A DNA stretch of 64,000 nt from an uncultured Verrucomicrobiae bacterium (GTDB taxonomy: Bacteria > Verrucomicrobiota > Verrucomicrobiia > Limisphaerales > Palsa-1400), in contig CAVPOM010000018.1 in the NCBI GenBank assembly GCA_963707025.1, positions 576,001 to 640,000 of the forward strand, read 5' to 3'. The translations under genes were made by a program, and so were the position numbers. Positions within the stretch are counted from its first letter, which is position 1. The number at the start of each line of letters is the position of its first letter. Under the pieces are notes generated by a model. The model saw only the letters and a list, made by a program, of their open reading frames with translations, was not told the origin of the DNA and made no database searches. Shown one piece after another: positions 59,986 through 64,000 of this stretch.

Positions 59986-60966
59986 TCAATCCTCCTGCTT
60001 CATATCCCGGCTCATGAGGGACTGCACGGCCTGGCGGACATTCTTGTGTTCATAAAGCATGGCAAAGACTTCCCGCACGATGGGCGTCTCGATTTCCAGC
60101 CGGCCCGCCAAATGATGGGCCGCGCGCGCCGTCGGATAGCCTTCCGCCACCGCCACCGCGCCGGCCACAATGTCCTCCACCTTTTCCCCGCGGCCGACCC
60201 GTTCGCCAAAACGGCGGTTCCGGCTCAAGCGCGAAAAGCAGGTCACGGTCAAATCCCCCAACCCGCTCAAGCCGGAAAAGGTTTCCGCGCTGGCGCCGCA
60301 AGCCACCCCCAGCCGCCGGATTTCCGCCATGGCCCGGGTGATCAGCGCCGCCTTGGTGTTGTCGCCGAAGCCCAGCCCGTCCCCCACCCCGGCCGCGATC
60401 GCCACCACATTTTTCAACGCCCCGCCCAACTCCACCCCCAGCACATCGCGGCTGGTATAAACCCGGAAAGTCGGGCGATGGAAAAGAAGCTGGATTTTTT
60501 TGGCGAGGGCCGGGTCCGGATGCGCGGCCACAATGGCGCCGGGAATTCCCTGCGCCACCTCCAGCGCGAAACTCGGCCCCGACAACACCCCCGCCGCCGC
60601 CTCCGGCATGGTGGCGCGCAAAATGCCCGACATGGTCAGCCCCGTTTCATCTTCAATTCCCTTGGTCACGCTCACGGCAATTCCCCGGAACCAGGGAAGG
60701 CGCGCCGAGACTTCGCGCAGGAATTTCGAGGGCACAGCCACCACCAGGCACTCCCTGGCCGCCGCGGCCGCCAGCAGGTCCGGCTCGTAGCGCAATTGGG
60801 CCGAGAGTTGAATGCCGGGCAAAAAAACCTCGTTGCGCCCCGTGCGCTGCACCTCCCGCAGCAGGGCCGGTTCATTGCCCCACAGCGTGACCTCGTTGCC
60901 GTTTTGGCACAGCAAGTCGGCCAAAGCGGTCCCCCAAGCCCCGGCGCCGATGACCGTGACTTTCAT
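59986..60966 (-). CDS. gpsA: NAD(P)H-dependent glycerol-3-phosphate dehydrogenase
   Basis: GAGAWGTAL, TKG, SGPSFA, GALKNVVAI and GLGDLTVTC..SRN motifs. Confidence 0.97.
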   Translation of the reverse strand: MKVTVIGAGAWGTALADLLCQNGNEVTLWGNEPALLREVQRTGRNEVFLPGIQLSAQLRYEPDLLAAAAARECLVVAVPSKFLREVSARLPWFRGIAVSVTKGIEDETGLTMSGILRATMPEAAAGVLSGPSFALEVAQGIPGAIVAAHPDPALAKKIQLLFHRPTFRVYTSRDVLGVELGGALKNVVAIAAGVGDGLGFGDNTKAALITRAMAEIRRLGVACGASAETFSGLSGLGDLTVTCFSRLSRNRRFGERVGRGEKVEDIVAGAVAVAEGYPTARAAHHLAGRLEIETPIVREVFAMLYEHKNVRQAVQSLMSRDMKQED

Positions 60967-61595
60967 GGCGAGGCCTGGTGTTTTTTGGCCACGGCGCGAT
61001 TTTCCGTTCCGTCGAGCAGGCGTCGCATATTGGCCTTGTGCTTGTAAATGGCCAGCACGGCCAGGGCGGTCATCACCAAAGTCATTTTGCTCCCGTAGTG
61101 AAAACACCAGACGGCCACCGGCAACACGACCGCCGCCGCGATTGAAGCCACCGAGACATAGCGGGTGGAGACAAAAACAATCCCCCAAATCGCCAGGGTG
61201 GCCGCGCAAGCCACCGGCGCCCAGGCCAACCCCACGCCCGCCAACGTCGCGATCCCCTTGCCCCCTTTGAATTTGAGCCAGCAAGTATAGACATGGCCCA
61301 ACACCGCCGCCACCCCCGCCGCCAGCGCCAGATTGTCCGGCGAGGCTCCGGGAGAACATTTCTCCGCCAGCAACGGAACCCACCTGGCCGCCGCGAAACC
61401 TTTGACCCCATCCAAGGCCAGCACCGAGATGCCGGCGGCGGTTCCCAGCACGCGAAAGACATTGGTCGCCCCGATATTGCCGCTGCCCGCCGTGCGGATG
61501 TCTATCCCGCGCGCCATCCCCGCCACATACCCGGTGGGCAGCGAGCCGATCAAGTACGAGATCACCACGGTCAGACTGTAAGCGCCGATTTGCAA
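60963..61595 (-). CDS. plsY: Glycerol-3-phosphate acyltransferase
   Basis: GSGNIGATNVFR, FKGGKGIAT and HKANMRRL motifs; start approximate. Confidence 0.95.
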   Translation of the reverse strand: MQIGAYSLTVVISYLIGSLPTGYVAGMARGIDIRTAGSGNIGATNVFRVLGTAAGISVLALDGVKGFAAARWVPLLAEKCSPGASPDNLALAAGVAAVLGHVYTCWLKFKGGKGIATLAGVGLAWAPVACAATLAIWGIVFVSTRYVSVASIAAAVVLPVAVWCFHYGSKMTLVMTALAVLAIYKHKANMRRLLDGTENRAVAKKHQASP

Positions 61596-61801
61596 GCAAC
61601 TCCAAAAAACAAGGTTCTCCACTTCCAAACGCAATCCCGCCAGAAGAATGCCGTCCCTCTTCAAAGTATAAAGTTAAAAATCATCGCCTTCCATCGCCCG
61701 CAAAACGGCCTGGACAAACCCGCGCATTTCCCCTACCCTCTTTCTTGCGCTTATGGAACCGGAGCGAGATTTTCAACCTGCTGGAAAAGGGACCGGGTAA
61801 C

Positions 61802-62590
61802 ATGCACGGCCCCTCCCACAACCCCACCCCCGCGGGCGCGCCAAATGGGGAGCATGGCGCGCGGGGCGGCGGCTTTACTTTGATTGAATTGCTCGTCGTC
61901 GTGGCCATTATCGCCATTCTCGCCTCGCTGTTGTTGCCGGTCTTGGGCAAGGCCAAGAACCACGCGGGCAAAGTCACCGACATGGATAATCTCCACCAAA
62001 TCATGGTGGCGGTCCACCTCTACTGCTCCGACAACAGCGATGTCCTGCCGCCGCCCAATTGGGACGGCGGCGGTTCTGCTTCCGACCCGCACAGCACCAA
62101 CACCGGCTGGCTCTACGCCGTCAATTTGAACGTCCCGGACAACACCGCCAGATTTGTCGTCCAAACCGGATTGTTGTGGAACACCCTGCGCATCGCCAAA
62201 GTCTATTTTTGTCCGATGGATAATCCATCTCTTCCCGTCCTTTCCGTCAGGGACCAGCGGGTGGAGACCCGCCCGCAACAGATTTCCAGTTATGCCATGA
62301 ACGGCGGCATCGTGGATTATTTTAACGAGATTTATCCGCCCGTGAAACTGTCGGCGATGGACTCGGAAGCCTGCGCCTTCTGGGAAACCGACGAGAATGA
62401 ACCGCAGTTTTTCAACGATGGCGCCAACTTTCCGTCCGAAGGTGTCAGTGGCCGCCACTTGGCCGGCGGCGTTCAAGCCTTGTTCGACACTTCGGTCAGT
62501 TACGTCAAAACCAACTTGTGGTATCAGGACGTTTACTCCACCAATAAAAACCGCCTCTGGTGCTATCCCAACACCGTCAATGGCCGGTGA
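61802..62590 (+). CDS. Prepilin-type N-terminal cleavage/methylation protein (PVC-expanded family)
   Basis: GFTLIELLVVVAIIAILASLLLP, CP.D, SYAMN and an RH-x-F.D tail. Confidence 0.9.
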   Translation: MHGPSHNPTPAGAPNGEHGARGGGFTLIELLVVVAIIAILASLLLPVLGKAKNHAGKVTDMDNLHQIMVAVHLYCSDNSDVLPPPNWDGGGSASDPHSTNTGWLYAVNLNVPDNTARFVVQTGLLWNTLRIAKVYFCPMDNPSLPVLSVRDQRVETRPQQISSYAMNGGIVDYFNEIYPPVKLSAMDSEACAFWETDENEPQFFNDGANFPSEGVSGRHLAGGVQALFDTSVSYVKTNLWYQDVYSTNKNRLWCYPNTVNGR

Positions 62591-62665
62591 AGACCCGCCT
62601 CCGCCAGCGCCGCCGGCCCGCAGTCCTGAATTGCCATCCCGCCCGTTTCATTCCAGTCTCTCCCC

Positions 62666-63694
62666 ATGTCAACCCAGCTTAAAGTGGCCGTTTTGGGCGT
62701 CGGTTCCCTGGGCAAGGAACATGCCCGCATCTACGCCCATCTGGCCGCCGCCGGGCTGATCGAGTTTGCCGGCGTGCATGATGCCGCCCCGCAGACCGCC
62801 GCCAAAATCGCCGAAAAATATGGCGTGCCGGCTTTTGCCACCCTGAGTCAGGCCATGGCCGGCGCGTCCGCATTCAGCGTCGTCACCCCCACCAGCACGC
62901 ATTTTCAACTGGCCGACACCCTCCTGGCCGCCGGCAAACATGTGCTGGTGGAAAAACCGATGACCGAAAATGCCGCCCAGGCCGCCCGCCTGGTGCAGCG
63001 GGCCGCGCAAAAAAATGTCGTCCTGCAGGTCGGCCACGTCGAGCGCTTCAATCCCGTGCTCCATTACCTGGAAACCGTGGCCACCGATCCGCGCTTTATT
63101 GAATCCCACCGCCTTTCGCCCTACCCGGCGCGCAGCACGGACATCGGCGTGGTGCTCGACTTGATGATTCACGATCTGGACGTAATTCTGGCTCTTGTGC
63201 GGTCGCCCGTCGCGAGCGTGGATGCGGTGGGCATCCCCGTGTTGAGCAAGACGGAGGACTTTGCCAACGCCCGGCTGCGCTTTGCCAACGGCTGCGTAGC
63301 CAACCTCAACGCCAGCCGCGTCAGCTTCGAGCGCATGCGCAAGATCCGCGTTTTCAGCGGCGGGGCCGTCACCTGCTATGTTTCGCTGGATTACCGGGCG
63401 CAGGAAGGTTTCATTTACCGCGTCGCCCGCGAAGGCGAAGAGGAGTCGTCCCTTTTGAAAAAACTTCTCCATGCCAAAGACTCCGTCATCGTCAGCCAGT
63501 TCGCCGGCAAAAAAATCGTGCGCGAACCGGTGCCCATTGAAAAAGACGAGCCTCTCAAGCTCGAACTGCAGGATTTCATCCGCTGCATTCAATCGCATCT
63601 GACCCCGAAAGTCAGCGGCGCCACCGCCAAGCGCGCCCTGGATCTGGCCCTGGAAATCACCCGCCAGATCCAGTCCGGCCACGCCACGACATGA
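62666..63694 (+). CDS. Gfo/Idh/MocA oxidoreductase (GnnA-like)
   Basis: GVGSLG, VLVEKP, GHVERFNP and DLMIHDLD motifs. Confidence 0.9.
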   Translation: MSTQLKVAVLGVGSLGKEHARIYAHLAAAGLIEFAGVHDAAPQTAAKIAEKYGVPAFATLSQAMAGASAFSVVTPTSTHFQLADTLLAAGKHVLVEKPMTENAAQAARLVQRAAQKNVVLQVGHVERFNPVLHYLETVATDPRFIESHRLSPYPARSTDIGVVLDLMIHDLDVILALVRSPVASVDAVGIPVLSKTEDFANARLRFANGCVANLNASRVSFERMRKIRVFSGGAVTCYVSLDYRAQEGFIYRVAREGEEESSLLKKLLHAKDSVIVSQFAGKKIVREPVPIEKDEPLKLELQDFIRCIQSHLTPKVSGATAKRALDLALEITRQIQSGHATT

Positions 63695-63768
63695 AAGAAA
63701 ACCGCCCGCGCGCCTCTTTACTAAATGCCAGCGAAGTGTCACCTTGCGGAGTGATCCCATAATTCACC

Positions 63769-64000
63769 ATGGGCCGCCTGATTATTATCCTTCCGGTGCT
63801 GGCGTTCGATGTCTGGCTGTTGGCCACAACGGGGAAAAAACAATGCAAAATCTGGGCGCAAGCCCGCGCCTGGCCGCGGTTGGCCGGGGCCGCCGCTCTG
63901 GGCGTGGCGCTGGGCGTTTGGCTGGCGCTTTTCGTCGAATATCATTGGGGAGCCGGGACCCGCGTCATCGGTTTTCCGGTCCCCGTTTGTTTTTTCCATC
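63769..64000 (+). CDS. Hypothetical membrane protein (partial)
   Basis: Open to the window end: MGRLIIILPVLAFDVWLL...IGFPVPV. Confidence 0.55.
   Translation, partial: MGRLIIILPVLAFDVWLLATTGKKQCKIWAQARAWPRLAGAAALGVALGVWLALFVEYHWGAGTRVIGFPVPVCFFH

Overview
This is a GC-rich bacterial chromosomal segment, most likely Verrucomicrobiota (Pedosphaera/Limisphaera-like). That assignment is inferred from the prepilin-like genes, the secreted IPT/TIG and beta-propeller proteins, and the repeat families. The housekeeping backbone contains SRP RNA-dnaX-ybaB-recR, a MacAB-like ABC exporter, ppk1, moxR/DUF58, tlyA-nadK, ftsK, a hexuronate cluster (uxaE, exuT, uxaC, SDR), ridA-rmuC, purA-uppS-cdsA-dxr, rsmI, thrH and plsY-gpsA. 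Several essential genes carry isolated indels that look like long-read consensus errors. The accessory content is as follows. (1) A lower-GC island at about 32.3-37.2 kb encodes a Hanks-type Ser/Thr kinase and a TIR gene. The TIR gene is split by an IS4 element with a 9-bp target duplication and reconstitutes to a 412-aa TIR + unknown + Abi-N-terminal-like protein, a candidate undescribed anti-phage system. (2) Two near-identical inverted IS3 copies each have their own target duplication; one disrupts a PIN toxin and the other a cassette-like gene. (3) Four toxin-antitoxin loci all have a dead or missing toxin and an intact antitoxin. (4) The ExuT transporter carries a DUF805-like domain inserted in its central loop. 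(5) A solo IS3-OrfA-like HTH gene sits behind a perfect sigma54 consensus. (6) There are REP/MITE and short-unit inverted repeats, one of them read in frame inside a membrane protein. No CRISPR array, tRNA or rRNA was seen. All family assignments come from motif recognition, not database searches.
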